64,000 nucleotides of DNA from the NCBI GenBank assembly GCA_040954595.2, contig CM082593.2:1188901-1252900 (forward strand), in the 5' to 3' direction. The notes below the pieces were generated by a model, which saw only the letters and a program-made list of their open reading frames with translations, ran no database searches and was not told the origin of the DNA. Each line of letters begins with the position of its first letter. Position 1 is the first letter of the stretch. Position numbers and translations under genes: made by a program. Below, piece after piece: positions 12,440 to 26,349 of this stretch. This DNA comes from Balanoglossus misakiensis (Eukaryota > Animalia > Hemichordata).

Positions 12440-13150
12440 TAGTGGCAACAACTACCCAACTAAACCCGCAAATGTTGTTCATCGACATGTCCGTGGTGGG
12501 AAACGGAGAATTTAACTTCAATGGCCTCAGTGATCTTCGCGGTTTAAATAACGTGTCTACAGTATACGTGACCGGCTCAATTTGAAAATCCTGGTTAAAG
12601 CACACGGGATGTAGATCATTAGGCCCCGGAGGAGCATCGCGTTACGGTGAATGTAATTTTTGTTGACACTTTAATTAGCCATATATACATCTTTGCTTGG
12701 GGATTTCAATTGAATTACATACATACAACCAAAAGATTGCACTCGTCGAGTTGTTTGTCCAGCACCGCAGTCGGATAACAGCGAGACCAAATTGCATGTC
12801 ATCACGTGCAACAAGCGTTACTAATAGACATGATTGTGGAGAAGGTAATGTACACATGGCGGCACTTTTCAGTCTGAACCTATGACCTTTGCGTTGAAGA
12901 TGGTACTCTCACGACAGCGAAATTGCTTAACGTTTGTACAGTTTGTATTCAGCTTCAGTCATTTTGTACAACACAGCGACGGCTAATAACATTTACACTG
13001 AATATTCGTCACCTTGAAAAGACCACCTTTTGATTTCGAAAAGTTTTGAAATTACCCATACTGGGGTTACAGCAGTAAAGCATCTAATAATTCAGGGTTA
13101 ATTATTGGTACTTTAGATAGCGTCTCATTGCCTTATAAGATGTCTACACA
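12440..13150 (+). pseudogene. Decayed BTB-BACK relic
   Basis: QMLFIDMSVVGNGEF, EHRVTVNVIFVDTLISHIY, IELHTYNQK, DCGE..HMAALFSL. Confidence 0.4.
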
Positions 13151-13899
13151 CATTGCATTGTGGGTAAAAAGTTGACATCTCACTGCAGTAGGCGCAGAAG
13201 TAACTACCTGTATTTTATGAAGTATTCGTGACTTATGTTCTGTCTTTAGAGTGGGTAATTGTCGAACTTTTGAAGCTGTTTTATTCAGCTTTTTTTCAAA
13301 TAAGAATTTAACAATTAAGATTTATATGTAGTTTGTGCACTGCAATTTAAAGTAAGGCAGAAATCTGCCATCTTGAAATTTCATCGGCATCGATCATATG
13401 ATTTTTATCATTCAGCTGGTAAAAATTGGATTCAGATTGAGAACCATAAACAACTTCTAAGCAGATGGTTTTCATGCTGGGGTAACTACATTTAGAAGTT
13501 CATAAAGTGAGAGTAATCTGAAGTATTTCGGGTTAGATAAAAATATCTCACAATGAGCATAGCGAAAAAGTCTGAGCCTCATTGACGCGCATTTTTGTCG
13601 GGTGATGGTTTCAGATTTGTGCTTGGCAGAATGGATGACGTGTGTCTACGTCAATTGAAAATGTCAAGACGTGTTGCGCTTTACTGTCAGAAACCAAACA
13701 TGGATATTTCATGAGATTAGAAAAAGAATTAGAATCACGTAGAAAGGTCATGTACAGTTTTCTACAAGAAGATACTTGAAATGTTTGAGAAGAAATAAAA
13801 AAAACACCAGCCGTAGGGACCGTGAATATCAGCCTGAGAAATCCCACGTGAGATCGTTCCGTTTGCCTGACAACGCCATATTTCTATCTGACACCTTTC

Positions 13900-15080
13900 T
13901 TCCACCGCGAAACTGGAATTAAATGATTAAAGTTTCTTTACTTTCAATAACACCGTGCATTATCCAGTCAGAGCGATTACAAAACCCCTGGAGACGTGAT
14001 TAAAAGCACTAAAGCGACCTGTGAAGTAGAAGTCCTTCGTCTGATCTATCGATTCGATGCTACAGTTAAGAGTTCTTCGGAGTGATATTAATAGCGCTAA
14101 CGGCAACTTCTTTGCACCCTCTCGTACCTTCTGAGTTTCATACGGACATAAAAATCTGCTTCCCTGAGAAAATAATATCCGCCTTTGCTTTACTTTGGAC
14201 AACCGTTGGCCGTAACTGCATCACCATATCCATTTGATTTATTTAATCTTCAGCCACTGTGTGTGTTTACATTATTTCTTAATCTAGTTTCACCTCAAGT
14301 AATGTCTCTAATGTATCCAGGAAGTGGTGTGAAAGTACTTGATCATGGTTCCTCCATCAGGGACCCTGACTTGATATATCCTGTTTACGAGAATTTTCGA
14401 GGTTTGGGCTGGAAAAATTGAATGTGTAAGTAAAACCTAAAAGTCTAACCATATATGAGGATACTAATAAGTGTTGTTATAGCACGTTGAAACACTGCAT
14501 CTATAAATGTGTATACTTTAAAAAAAAATCAACACATTTGTATACATCATCCAACATTTGTATAAATTAAAGTTCTCCAATTTGAGAATTTATAATGTTA
14601 CTAAAACGTGTTGAATACAATTTTCAAGTTGATAGCAATTTTCTCTCTCTTTCGTCAGGGACATAAATAGTCTATTCACATTTCTGTGTGTGGATAGAGC
14701 AGGTTTAACATGCTCACAGTGATGCTGGATACATCATCCTCACGACGGGATAATTCTTTGCGAGTCCAACGTCTCCTGCTTTGTAAACTTCCATGGTTAC
14801 ACGGGCACCGTTCCAATCCCGTTGATTCCGGATTTGTTATTGATAGCACGAATATTCAATCGTGACTAGAAACAGAAACGACTGATCAGACTTTCTTGAG
14901 ACTAAATTATCCAGTTTGAATAAGAAGAACAGAATTCTGATGATGGTCGATGCTCGGTACCGTCATATTGAATCATAATTTCACATTAAGATCAATTAGT
15001 AAAAGTTTGTTCTGTAGAGAAATTCTGCTTCTGAATGCGTGCGAGGACTGTTATAATCGTTATGCAAGTGCGCCATACTT
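13900..15080 (-). pseudogene. Decayed BTB-BACK-Kelch relic
   Basis: CEIMIQYDGTEH..HQNSVL, NCYQLENCIQHVL, ENFNL, DAVFQRAI, then kelch-like FLCPYETQKVREGAKKLP and KDFYFTG. Confidence 0.4.
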
Positions 15081-15699
15081 GATGAATAGGACATTTACGT
15101 GTCAATACTTCGTTAGCAATACATTTATTCCCTGCTGCGGCAAAATTAAGCGCTACGAGTAACACTGAAACAAAATTATTCACCTGGCATATGCAAATGT
15201 AATTTCATAGTAGTATTTAACATCAGTCTTGCCGTTTAATGACGCATGCATTGTGGGAGGTTCTAGAACTGTTTTGACATTCTACATTGTGACAGGCACA
15301 GGCTCTTTCTGGTTGCATTGACAACCCATTCAGATAACATCACGATTCGAATGAGAACGCTGTGTGTGGCTGCTTCGATATCCGTACCGAGGGACCGACG
15401 ACATACAAGGGTGAGTAGTCAAACAAACTAAGACTATAATACAGAACTAAAGCCACGGCCCTGACTTAATCGACTAGGAGAAAAAAATATGTTTTATGTA
15501 TTCCCAAATATTTTGAAAACTTGTTTGATTTGTATTGAAACATATAGAAAGGAGTGCATGTTTTTTTTCCTTTTACGAGAAGGCGTTAATTTGTAATCAT
15601 TTACGCTAACGCTTGCAATAATCATAATTGACCAAACGGTCAGTTATGTATAAAGAAACATTTTTCATGATATTGCGAAGTGTCATGAAATAGTAGTAG

Positions 15700-16880
15700 T
15701 GATTCATTTTAATTAAAAGATGCCATAAAAGTTTGATGTGTATTGATCGTAGTTCCGCCTGACTGAAGTCTCTACTATTGTTATTGCGTGACATTAGTTC
15801 GAAAGTATTCCCTGAATTTATTGTCAATCGATCTTCAGTCCCGTTTCTATCCTATGTAACTGACATTGTTTCAGCGGAAATGTTTTATATGCAATTTCCT
15901 ATGCTTGAGTGTATGTGAAGACCTGCTGTGAAAAAACATCACAGATCATCCGTCTCTCTATATTTGAGGATAGTTTTCAGTCTCATTTGCTGCTCGTAAT
16001 TTCTTCAACACACTGTGCAGTAAGATTGCAGTTAGTGTAATGTGTTGGAATAACACAATTTCGTCATAAAAATAGAACTTGGAAGAACACAATTTATATA
16101 TAAGTAGATATTGTTGAAATGTTTACAGAATAAGGAGACTTACGCTTTCTATGATCATCTGTTATACCATAGACATGTGAGTCTAGTATTGTTGTACAGG
16201 TATATTACTTCGAGATTTGAAGAACGTTCTTTGCGACATGGACCGCGTGTGGAGGGACCGTGTTTGCGAGAAACAAAATGTCCTGTGATATCTTCAAGAA
16301 AAAGCCAGATTTTGAGACTTGCTTTCAAGTCAACTCCCCTCACTCTCATAACCTGTTATCGGATGTCAATGTACCGGTATACCCAAACCAAGTTATGGTT
16401 AAACCTTTGTCTTATCACAGACAAACTTGACATGTTTACCGTGAAATATACTGCACACTACACGTCGTACAAAGCCAGCGATCCCAGCAGAGGTACACAC
16501 TGATGAGACATTGTGAGCGATAGCGAAATATCCGAACGGTGGCACAATGATGAATGCTGGGGAAACAGTCGCCCCGGGTATTGGTAATGAAATGGGACTA
16601 AAACAAATTGAAGCCATGACGGCGGTGAGATTAAATGTATGTTTCTAAGGCATCAAACCAAAGGAACTAAACAGATACAGATTGGTAATAAATTGTAAGG
16701 ACAAGTCACAACTCGGGGGCAAATCACACAGAAGAAGATCAATTACCAAGTTAAACATCCTAATAGACAAGACGGCCATTTTTGAGACATGTTTTCTGAA
16801 ACCAAACAAGATTGCTCGTCGATGGAGATTGATGGAAAGAGGTACTGTGGGCGGCCGTGAAAGTCCAACTAGTTTTTATA
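15700..16880 (+). pseudogene. Decayed BTB-BACK-Kelch relic
   Basis: Largely one frame: RCHKSLM...LRDISSKVF...VTDIVSAEMFYMQFPMLECM*...LLKCLQNKE...RYITSRFEER; kelch-like KDKSQLGG near 16700. Confidence 0.55.
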
Positions 16881-16889
16881 AGCTGTTAA

Positions 16890-17700
16890 ATCCAAATATT
16901 CTGAGAAATTGAATATAAGCGCAATAAACTGGTGCGGACGTCACCATCAACATTTGGACTTCGACATCCTTAAGTTTTAGACCCAAAAATAGTGTCCGAG
17001 GCAGTGTAGCACTTTTGGTGGAAATTAAGGAAGGCTGAATTAATAAAACTAGCAAATTCGGATCAGATACCTATCTGTATTATTCTCACGAAGAATGCGA
17101 TAAACATATCTACATGATCATAAATCAGGAGTGAACGATACAGTAACTCCTGAATGTTCAAAACAGTTAGATATTGCAAACTGATATTTAATGTTAATAG
17201 TTGGGCGGCAACTTGGAAAGCACTGCATGGGCCTTGCAATACTGCCTAACCTTTTCGTTGTTCACGACAGAATATACAAATGCCTGCAAGGAAACCTTTA
17301 CTGGCGGGAGTAAGGACTACACGAAATTTGAGGAACAGAGGGTAATCAAGTTAAGCGCTGTAAGTGGGGAAAAAAGAATGGAGACGGGTTTATGCAAATG
17401 GTTGCGGCATGATGATAATTTATGGCAAGAATAGTGTACGACGATACGGCACTATTTGAAAATGTCCACAATGGTTGTAAATCTTCTCATCGAGGGTTTC
17501 AAAGCTGACGAGTCACAAGAGGTGTTTTATGGACGTACAATCGAGAATTGACACGCAGAGACAGCAGGGATACCTGTCGTAAAATATTTAGTAGTGTAGC
17601 TATCGGGCTGCCTTAATTGCACTCTACTACATGTTCCCAGTTCACTACTGCAAGATATCTACGTGGCGGTTTCACAACTATCTAAAAGTTACGGTCAATC
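16890..17700 (+). pseudogene. Decayed BTB-BACK-Kelch relic
   Basis: DVTINI, KIVSEAV*HF, VTPECSKQL..YLML, YCLTFSLFTTEY, SGEKRMETGLCKWLRHD, and DIYV-GGF (1-nt deletion). Confidence 0.5.
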
Positions 17701-17849
17701 AAAAGAAGTAACACACGTGTAGGCTAGATTATGTTAAAAGTATAACTTTAAAAAAGCACAGAATTCTACCAATTCTTATTCCACTGTTCACACTGTTGGT
17801 GTGACTAGAGTTATTGCCCCCATATATTACTTTCCTTGTTTAGTTGTAC

Positions 17850-18600
17850 CTAAACCTCATCTCGTTTTAAATTAGATATCATACTGTTGACGTAATAAGG
17901 TACTTTGTATCAGCATGCTCTCGTGCGAGAAGCAAACAGTAGCACAATATTTCCAGTCGAATGCATTTTCTTGTTTTAATACGAAGCTAGAAAACATTCA
18001 AAATTAACAATTTATGACCAGTTACGAAAAGGAAGTGTGTTCATGCTCAGAAACAGAGCGAATCCGGTTTCCGCCCCGAAGTAAGATTGCTTTCTGCCAA
18101 TTTATTGCCGCAGTGCTTTCTCTGCCGTATCCATGTTTCGCGAAACTTCAATTGATCTTTTCAAACATGTTTACTGCTGCAAACCTGGAAAGGTTCGTTG
18201 TCCTGGTTGTAAATGGCAACATATGTGCTTTGATCACACAATAATATCTTCAGGGATACTGTCTTTGTTACAGTAACCTTGGCAACATGCAGTACACGCC
18301 GCAAAGCGAATACATCCCCATTTTCTTTTCAAACATAACTACCCCCACTGATAATCAAGTTATTATCTGTGATTGACAATAATGTGCTTAGAAACCCCAT
18401 GCCTGCTCTCTCTTTATAGTAAACTTTCCTTTGTAAATTTTAGAGTAGCTATTGCACTGACTATTACATTGAAAGTCCTTCAACTTCATATCAGTAAAGA
18501 TTGGTCCAGGCGGTTGAAGGTGTCTTTTACATGTCAAAGAAACGCATGTTCAGCAATGAATTATCATGTGAGTTCTCTTAAATAGCGGCATACTAAAACT
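17850..18600 (+). pseudogene. Decayed BTB-BACK relic
   Basis: LDIILLT**GTLYQHALVREANS-QYFQS, NMFTAANLERFVVLV, LLSL...LKVLQ...DWSRR. Confidence 0.5.
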
Positions 18601-18699
18601 AAAAGCATGCAATTTGCAGGATATCTGTGATATGCCTCGATTCCTACTGAGGTCAAGGGTCATGAATCACCATAACCAGGGTTCAATATCATGCGTTAT

Positions 18700-19370
18700 T
18701 AATAAAGCCCAAAGGGAAATGTAGTCAACGAATCTCGAAATTGTTTTAGAGAAGTCTTGTGGCTTATCTAGCTGAACCCAACGGAAACACATATTTCATA
18801 TCATGTCAGATGCTAAATATTTTATCATATGGATCAAAGCGTAGAACTACATACGACTCTTATATTGTAAGTTAAAAGTCTTGCAATATGCAACATGATC
18901 CAAGCCACATGCAAATCAGCACATGTCATCATTAGACGTGTAGTCTTGTATAACACGACACACAACATGAAGTTGAGACTCTTTTCTCCACAGTGCTGGC
19001 GGTTGTGAAATTTTATCATATATAACTGATCGATTTGCATGTAGTTACCGTCGGAAGTCTCTTGCCTTCAGGTTACTCTTAGCATTTCAAAATAGTCTCA
19101 AAAGATCACGAGGTCTAGCAAGGTTGGACGTAACTTCTAGGTAATAGAAGATGTTTAATTAACTGGCATGAAATGTCAATCCCTGCATGTAAAGTGACGT
19201 GCATCCTCTACTGTTGCCTCGACTTGTAATTTTTAAAAGCGGTTGTAGTGAAGTCCTCTCCTCGTGGGACTCGCCTTTGTACAGGTATCACTTTCTAGGC
19301 GTCGAGTTTCATTGAACAGTGACCATCAACATGCAAGCACATTGATTCTTTAGAAGTGAAGATAGAAATC
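18700..19370 (-). pseudogene. Decayed BTB...Kelch relic (internally deleted)
   Basis: LSSLLKNQ, LHVDGH..DA*KVIP, FTTAF..SRQQ..VTLHAGID; kelch-like VLRFDPYDKIFS..DMKY. Confidence 0.5.
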
Positions 19371-19719
19371 TAACGCCTGTATTCCAACTCAACGCTGTGA
19401 TAAATTTGTGCAAATTTGGTAAATGAAGAACTTAAATGCACATTATGTACCGTATATCAATGGCTGATCCATTAGCTATGACAGTTTCGGTGGGGGACTA
19501 TTACAAAAATTTCTGAAATGAAACGACTATTGACCACTGCAGCGGGAATAAATACAATATCACGTTTTAAGGTGGCTATGTGTGAAGCCTTTACCATGGA
19601 GACAGACACCAATGAGAATTCAAACAATCCCCTGGATATCTCCAGGTGAGCCGGTGCAACATTAACTCAGCTATTTATTCACGGCGTCGGTAGCAGAGCT
19701 AACGAAGTGAAAATATATG

Positions 19720-21260
19720 CGACGGTGCTATGGAAACACTGGGTGAAAGAAATTATGTTTGTTACGGGTTAATAAGAACGATGTTCAGACACGCCAACTG
19801 AAATGCTCACAGCATGCCTCCGCTTTACTCACCTATTCTGCTTTATTGCGTTTCTGAATAATCCTGAATAGAAACGCAGAAGCCCTAAACTGAATTTAAT
19901 GCCGTTTCTATATTTGTATACGTCACAACCTGCCACGCACGTAATTAATTCGTCGCAGGTACACTAGCTTTGTATTTTACTGTAATTACTCTAATTCCAA
20001 AGAATTTGGAAATGTGTTTATTGGTGATGTTGTATTGCTACGGGGTGAAGAACCGTTGATGAAATAATTATTTCACATTACACGTACAGCCCATATTGCT
20101 TCACAACATTCAAACTCGTCTATACTCTCTCTAGTGCTAAATATTTTCAACAGGTATCGTCCCTCGATCATGAGAACGCTATTCAAATATTTGGAGACCA
20201 GGGTCGTTGTTGTTGATTGGGGGCACAGCACCTGCAGGTCTTGCTGTCAAAGACAAATGCTTTCAAGGGTTACAGACAAGACCGGACATATTGGCCTGGT
20301 CCAATGTTGTTGTCACGGTCATTACTTTCTGTCTTCTGAGTCCCCGAGGCTGTCTTTTATTGCATTCTATTGAAACTGTAGTAACTAATCCTTTGGCTGT
20401 ATGTTCAGTTTGTTTAGTTCTGAGTGTCAACTTGAGTTTCCCAATATATTACTGACACTATTTCTAAAACATGCATATACATGTACATGTACGGTATATG
20501 TTCAATATAATGCTTGTCCATACAGCCTGTGTTTGTGTAAAAATCAGCGTTATTTGTTATCAGGCTGACTTCTATTCAGTTTTAAATATTAAGAATGCTG
20601 ACTGACCGGAACCGGTCATCGTTGATTCGTGGGCATTCCATTAGGCTTCAGGGGATAAAACAAGAAGCTTCCGTGGGTATACAGAACAAAAATACTTCAT
20701 CGTCTCATCTACAGGGAGCCTGATCTTTCCCACACTACATTACCATCTTGTTTTCAAACACTTAAGTTACTTAGAATTACATGTACGCATTATCCCAAGG
20801 GGTCTACAACAGAGATTCTGGTGTCTGCTTACAGAAAACACCTTCCTGACCTTCACTTTCATTTTATCTCCCGTCACGGGTTCATTGTGCTATTAGTTTC
20901 CAACCCATGGGTTTCAGGTTGCTAAAATTTCCTTTTAGGGACATAAGAAACTTTGATTTGTAGTTTATAACATTCGCTTGCGTTTTATTTTCTCACAAGA
21001 CAACAACAGTGTACTGAGCAAGTCTCTTTTTGCAAAGTAGGTAGCTCTCAGGGAAACTGTATTGTGTACAGAAAGGCAGAAAGACAAGCAGTTTCAGACT
21101 GCCTTAATTGGCTGGATGACCTGTCACCAATGCAAGCAGACATTGAATATACAACGTGGTCTGCAGAAGTAAATTGCCACTATTGTGAATTTGAAATCGA
21201 GCGTAGGCCAATCATACTCATGGAAATCATATCATTACGAACCAATGCTTTTCAATAAGA
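19720..21260 (+). pseudogene. Two weaker BTB/BACK relics (about 19720-20100 and 20600-21260)
   Basis: First: RVNKNDVQT, MLTAC, ITLIPKNLEMCL. Second: GYTEQK..HLQG, TEILVSAYRKHLPDL, AERQAVSDCLNWLD. Confidence 0.3.
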
Positions 21261-22229
21261 GAAGACAGATTCGCGGTGTGTGTATCGTACTAGATGTAAT
21301 ACGTTGCAGAGAAAGGCCTTTCTCTCCAACTGAGACAGATATTTGAGTCTCACATAATCTACACTACGTGCTGCAAGTGTAATAGAGGGGACACCAGAAA
21401 AGGTTGTTAAAAGTAGAGTCCATCTCACTTCTGATCTGCTTTTAATTTTTGTTGATCTCTCAGCGCTTCGTCACCTTGTGACCAATCAGTAACTTCTCTG
21501 AAAGCTCCTGTTCTCACCCAAAGCTTAAACGTCCCAGGGGCCTACCATCCCAGGGGCCTGTACTGTGTACGCAAAAGTCAACAGGTCGACGTTTTGTCAC
21601 CAATTTCACAGAGATGGAAAGCAAAGTATCGCGAAGGGGCAACATAACATTTCATCTACTCCCATTTAAGCAGTGTCGAGCCCCGGCATCAAAACCCCCC
21701 CAGGCATTGGCTAGCTGACGACATCAGTTGTCCTGGCAACCGCGATCCCATCCCTTTTGCGTTTATGAAAAAAGGGTATGTAGAGATTGTAAATTTGTAT
21801 TGCAACAGCGTGTAATGTTGATGATGTTAGTCTTGCTCGAGGCGTGTAAATATCCCGTGCCGAACAGAGACGCTTCATCATTGGTCGAGGTGGAGAATAG
21901 GGACTCGCGCATGTCATTTGCATGTCATTTGCATCGGGTAGGAATTTCACAACACTGTTGCATTATTGTTTCGCGTCACAACTTTTTTCTCCGTCGCGAT
22001 TCCATGCACCGATGTCTGCACCTTCACTCACAAATAAAGTAAGAAGAACAAGAGGAAATTAGCTATTCAGTCTGGATCCATGTTTGCAGCTCGAGGTGAG
22101 TATTCTTTTGAATAAATATTTTTAATTTCATTTCATTCATATAATCATTTCATGTTATTGACAAATTGTTATGTATGAAACTTATTTATGACAGCAACAT
22201 GATGAAATGTTCATCCTTGCTAAAAATCA

Positions 22230-22470
22230 TATTTTATGCATAAAACTTTGAAATAACTGCACCGGATTCTGTGAGAGAGTATAAAATGGTTGTCAGTTTT
22301 GGAATTCCCAATGTGACGTACTCAAAGTTAATCGCACAATAAAACATTTTCATTAATTGAATTTGTAAATGAAGTAGAGTCATTCCAAGTGTTAAGTGAA
22401 CAGTTACAGCAACCGTAAAATATGTCAACAGTTTCCTGTTTTGATGACAAACTACGATGTACCTCAAACT
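22230..22470 (-). pseudogene. Decayed BTB relic
   Basis: ORF 22234-22467: HQNRKLLTYFTVAV (LTD.T..V pattern), MKMFYCAINFE, AVISKFYA. Confidence 0.4.
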
Positions 22471-23699
22471 ACAGGAAATAATATTGTGGTTGAATACTTA
22501 GAGAGCTATTATTTCTCATTTTTTCAGTTGGAAGTAGTTCGCAATATGACTTTCCTGTTATCGATTACATATTTGCGTTAACACCGTATATTGTACATGC
22601 TATGCAAGGAATTACATCAGTGAACCATATTTTGTCCTGAACAGTAACCAAAAATGATTATCCGTGAATTTAAGTGACTATTAATAAGCATTAGGTCTCC
22701 AACACAACATTCTATGCAAAACTCAGTATACCGGTAGATTGACACAAAGTTATCCTACCACATTTTGCCAAAAAAAACCCTTATACATGCAATTCTTTAA
22801 TGCGAAGCATCCCCTGTGTAAAGTGCTTGATTATTGCACCTGAACCCATCATTACGCTTTTCACGTCGTATTTGTTAGAAGCGAAGGCATAAAGACCAGT
22901 AGATAGCTTGGAGAGCAGCCACGGCGAGATTCAACAACTTCATTAATTGTGAGCCAAACTCCCTGAGGACACTACAAGAATTAATGCCGGCACTCCAGGG
23001 CCTCGTTGAAACACGTGAAAAGACGGACAAATGATCAGAAGTAAAAGAAGTTAAGTCTTCTCAGAAAGTGATTTGCAGCAAATTCTCAGTTGAGACTGAA
23101 TGGCGAGTAACTAGCCTGAAAGGTTTATCCTTATGTACCACACTAACCAGACCAAATGTAAGCATCGTGATGTTTAAATCTGTTTTAAAAACAAACCATA
23201 TTATGATAAAGTGGGATTTTCCATGAATAACAGTTATAATACTAGTCCGCCACGTATTTCATCGGACATATACCAATAATTGACCCGGAACTCAGTTACG
23301 GCGACTGAGCTTAAAACCTAATGTCCCATTCCCCTTCTCAGGTGTCCGGTATAATTACCGACTACTCTAATCATGCATGAAATGTCTGCGGTCTTATGAC
23401 GCAGCATAAGGTATTGAATTTCATTATAACAAGATTAATGACACTTCAATGCATAGGGTTAGACCTCTTAATTACACCAGTCCTGTATCTTGATAAAAAT
23501 TACCAAGTCCCGAAGAAACGTAAATCATTAATTTATAAACATTAGACGTGATCAATGTTGCCTTATTTAATAGACTGTGTTCAATCTTAATTATTATAAT
23601 AAAACTGCACATGGTGTGGTATATAATTGAAATTTTTGACACGCTGCAGTCTACCACTGATGCTGGCGTCTTTCCAGTATTTGTTCGTGAAACCAGGAA

Positions 23700-24050
23700 T
23701 ACAGTGGTTTAATTTTTTAGTTAAAATATTACAATATCATAATTTGATAAGTCTTTCTATTGAACACGGGCGATGATTACAGAACCCTTGATTAGTTTTA
23801 CAATCTGACCAATATATCTCCATATATTATCTAATGTTTCTATCATATTCATGCTTGTTACAATCATTACAATATATAGCACGCAAACATTGTCAAAGAT
23901 GGCGTCATTACCAACAGATGATAATCTTTGGGGGCGCTTTTTCAAAAGATGGTTTGTACAAAAGGAGCCGAAATCTGAATGCATGATATAATAAGGGCAA
24001 CACACAAGGTCCTTCCCGTATTCATAAATTTTAAATAAGGCATCTATTCA
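23700..24050 (-). pseudogene. Decayed TRIM-like B-box relic
   Basis: CCPYYIMHSDFGSFCTNHLL (B-box1-like), then IC..RHL*QCLRAIYCNDCNK (B-box2). Confidence 0.35.
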
Positions 24051-24999
24051 AATTTAAATTTTTGACATCATTTTGTTAAAGATCAGAGCTTCTCTTCAAT
24101 TAGGGACAAAATTGTCTGTCGTGTATATTACTTGGATGTCCATATTGCAGGATTTTGAATTATATTTTTAAATCAACAGCTAATGATCTTTGCGTGTTTT
24201 CTCACTCCACTGTAAGTGCTTTTGAAAGTGTTCTAAGAAAATCTGGAGGAGTTCTCTTTTAAATGAAAGCTTCAGAAACAGCAAGGCTATAATTATTTAC
24301 TCACCAAGAGATAACACGCGATGCTGATTACTTCAGCTTGTACAGGAAATGTACGGGTATGTTTGAGTGCACCCATAGTATTTTAAATGCGAATTGAATA
24401 CAGTTACCAATGTTCAGAAGACAGACAGACAGATGTGCACAGTTCCCTAAGGGAATTCCAATGAGAAAATGCGAAACTCATCAAGACAATCAGTATTATT
24501 CTGTAGACAGCCTACCATTACTGTTTACGTCATTTGTTCTTGTAACAAGACAGTCTTTATTAACAAATGTAACATGACGTGCAGGAGTGCATCCTCATTA
24601 AGTTTGTCCATCCTGACTCTTCCACGGTTAAAAGTCAAAGAATGTTCGCGTGTCAGGAATGACGTAGAATTGCCTAGTTACGAAGCATATAGACGTCACT
24701 AAGCAGAACTTGTACAATGGTCTCAGTGCCCCAGGCAAGGGAGAAGCTCATTAAATCGACATACATAAGACTCTAATTACAGTATACATGTTTGTAAAAC
24801 GATGATTAGATATTTTCTGTGACCAAAGATAAGTTCCAGTATATTTTTGTGTGTTGATATGCAGTGATATGTACAAGTATGTTGTTATTTGTGATGATTT
24901 TATATGGTTCGTGTTAGGTGCTGGCTTTGAGGAGAAGAAAACTGTCATAAAATTACATTATTAGTTTAAAAAGGAAATGTGAGAGGTGAATGCCACACC

Positions 25000-25680
25000 T
25001 AAATAATTACATATTTCTGTAAACCTAACAAAATCAAAAGGATATTGTGTTTTCAATAACTTAGTTTATCAAAGCGGGAAATCGATAACCCGATGACGGA
25101 CATTTAATCAGTGCCTCGAAACCGAATTCCCCTGACTGCACGCTACAACGCAGCGAATTTTATTTACGAGCTCAAGATTTTCAGTGATATATCTTCAGAG
25201 GTTGCAGATCATTGGAATGCGTGACAGCGTCTTCGTGACGCAAACTCTTGGGAACAGAAGGCGCACAGAATACCTATTTAACTGGATCATGTATTTTTCC
25301 TTGTTTCCCTGGTCTTAACAACCCCAAGGAGACATTTCCTTTTCCTCCCTTTCCCTTCTAGTTGCCGGGCAATACTTCTTCCTTGCTTCCCATGGTAGTA
25401 TCGGGGCGGTCTCCCCAGGAAATGTTTCTACAAGCAATGTGTCCGTTTTATTAATCGGTGTCGAGAATTTTTCCGGGAAATGGTTGCTGTTGACATTTCG
25501 GCGTTAAAATAAATGAATTGTAGTATGCGAATGGATTTTATGAGCAAGCTCACGACAGTAAGAATATTAGTCGTAAAACTATGAATTACGACCCAAGGTT
25601 TGTCGGATACTCGCGGAGTGATACTCGTCAGTTTGTCCTCTTTACTTAACACTAATTCTGGTAAATAACCGCACACAAAA
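25000..25680 (-). pseudogene. Decayed BTB-BACK relic
   Basis: EDKLTSITPRVSDKPWVVIH...ILTVVSLLIKS..FNAEM; later HDPV and RYITENLELV. Confidence 0.5.
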
Positions 25681-26349
25681 AAGAACCTTCACAGTAACTA
25701 AGTTGAATTCGTAACAAAGCGATCCCAGAGCATACACTAAATGGTGATCACGTACACGAATGAGCTGTTCGTCAATTACACTTCATTATATTCGACTTAA
25801 AGATTATTGCCAATTTAGGAGAAGCCCTCAAAAATCCTGTTGGGTAATATACCTATTTATAGATCTGCAACGACTTAGTGAATGCATGACAATTAGCGCG
25901 TTGCCTCCAAATTGTGATAGCTCACATGTTTTGATTGTTTCTGACAAACTGCCTGTACATCCAGTGTACTACAAGATCCGATACACTGGAGTCACGTATC
26001 GTGAAGACGTTATTTAGTGCTTTAGAAATAACACTGTCAAGTATCTTCGAGTGCTATAAGCCAGCTAATAAAATAAAGATTGTCAATGCTGACAAACTTA
26101 AAGCTAACACAAATAATGCCGCCAGGCTTGCACAAGAAATGAGAAAAGCTCTAAAGGACATGTTCAGCAAATTCATTTAGCTCGTTCGCTGTCTCTCTCG
26201 CTCTCTCATAATGCGCGCGTTTAATTAATAAGCGCCATGTGGTGCTCAACTGAATTCGCAAGTAAACATTAAGCTTACTGTATACATGTAGTTCTCATGC
26301 TGTTAACAAAGAGAGTCTGGTCATTGGACAGGCGCCCCACCTGGCTCAT

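Noticed and set aside
13620-13800. Further TRIM-like fragments (also about 20160-20330, 36650-37080 and 62520-62940)
   Set aside because: Only one or two loose motif matches each, indistinguishable from chance by eye.
7986-19651. Octamer followed by a splice donor (7986/8151 and 15191/15411), plus a donor at 19646, as serial alternative first exons
   Set aside because: Octamers and GTRAG sites are expected several times by chance in 64 kb of AT-rich DNA; only the 21.7-22.1 kb module has extra support.
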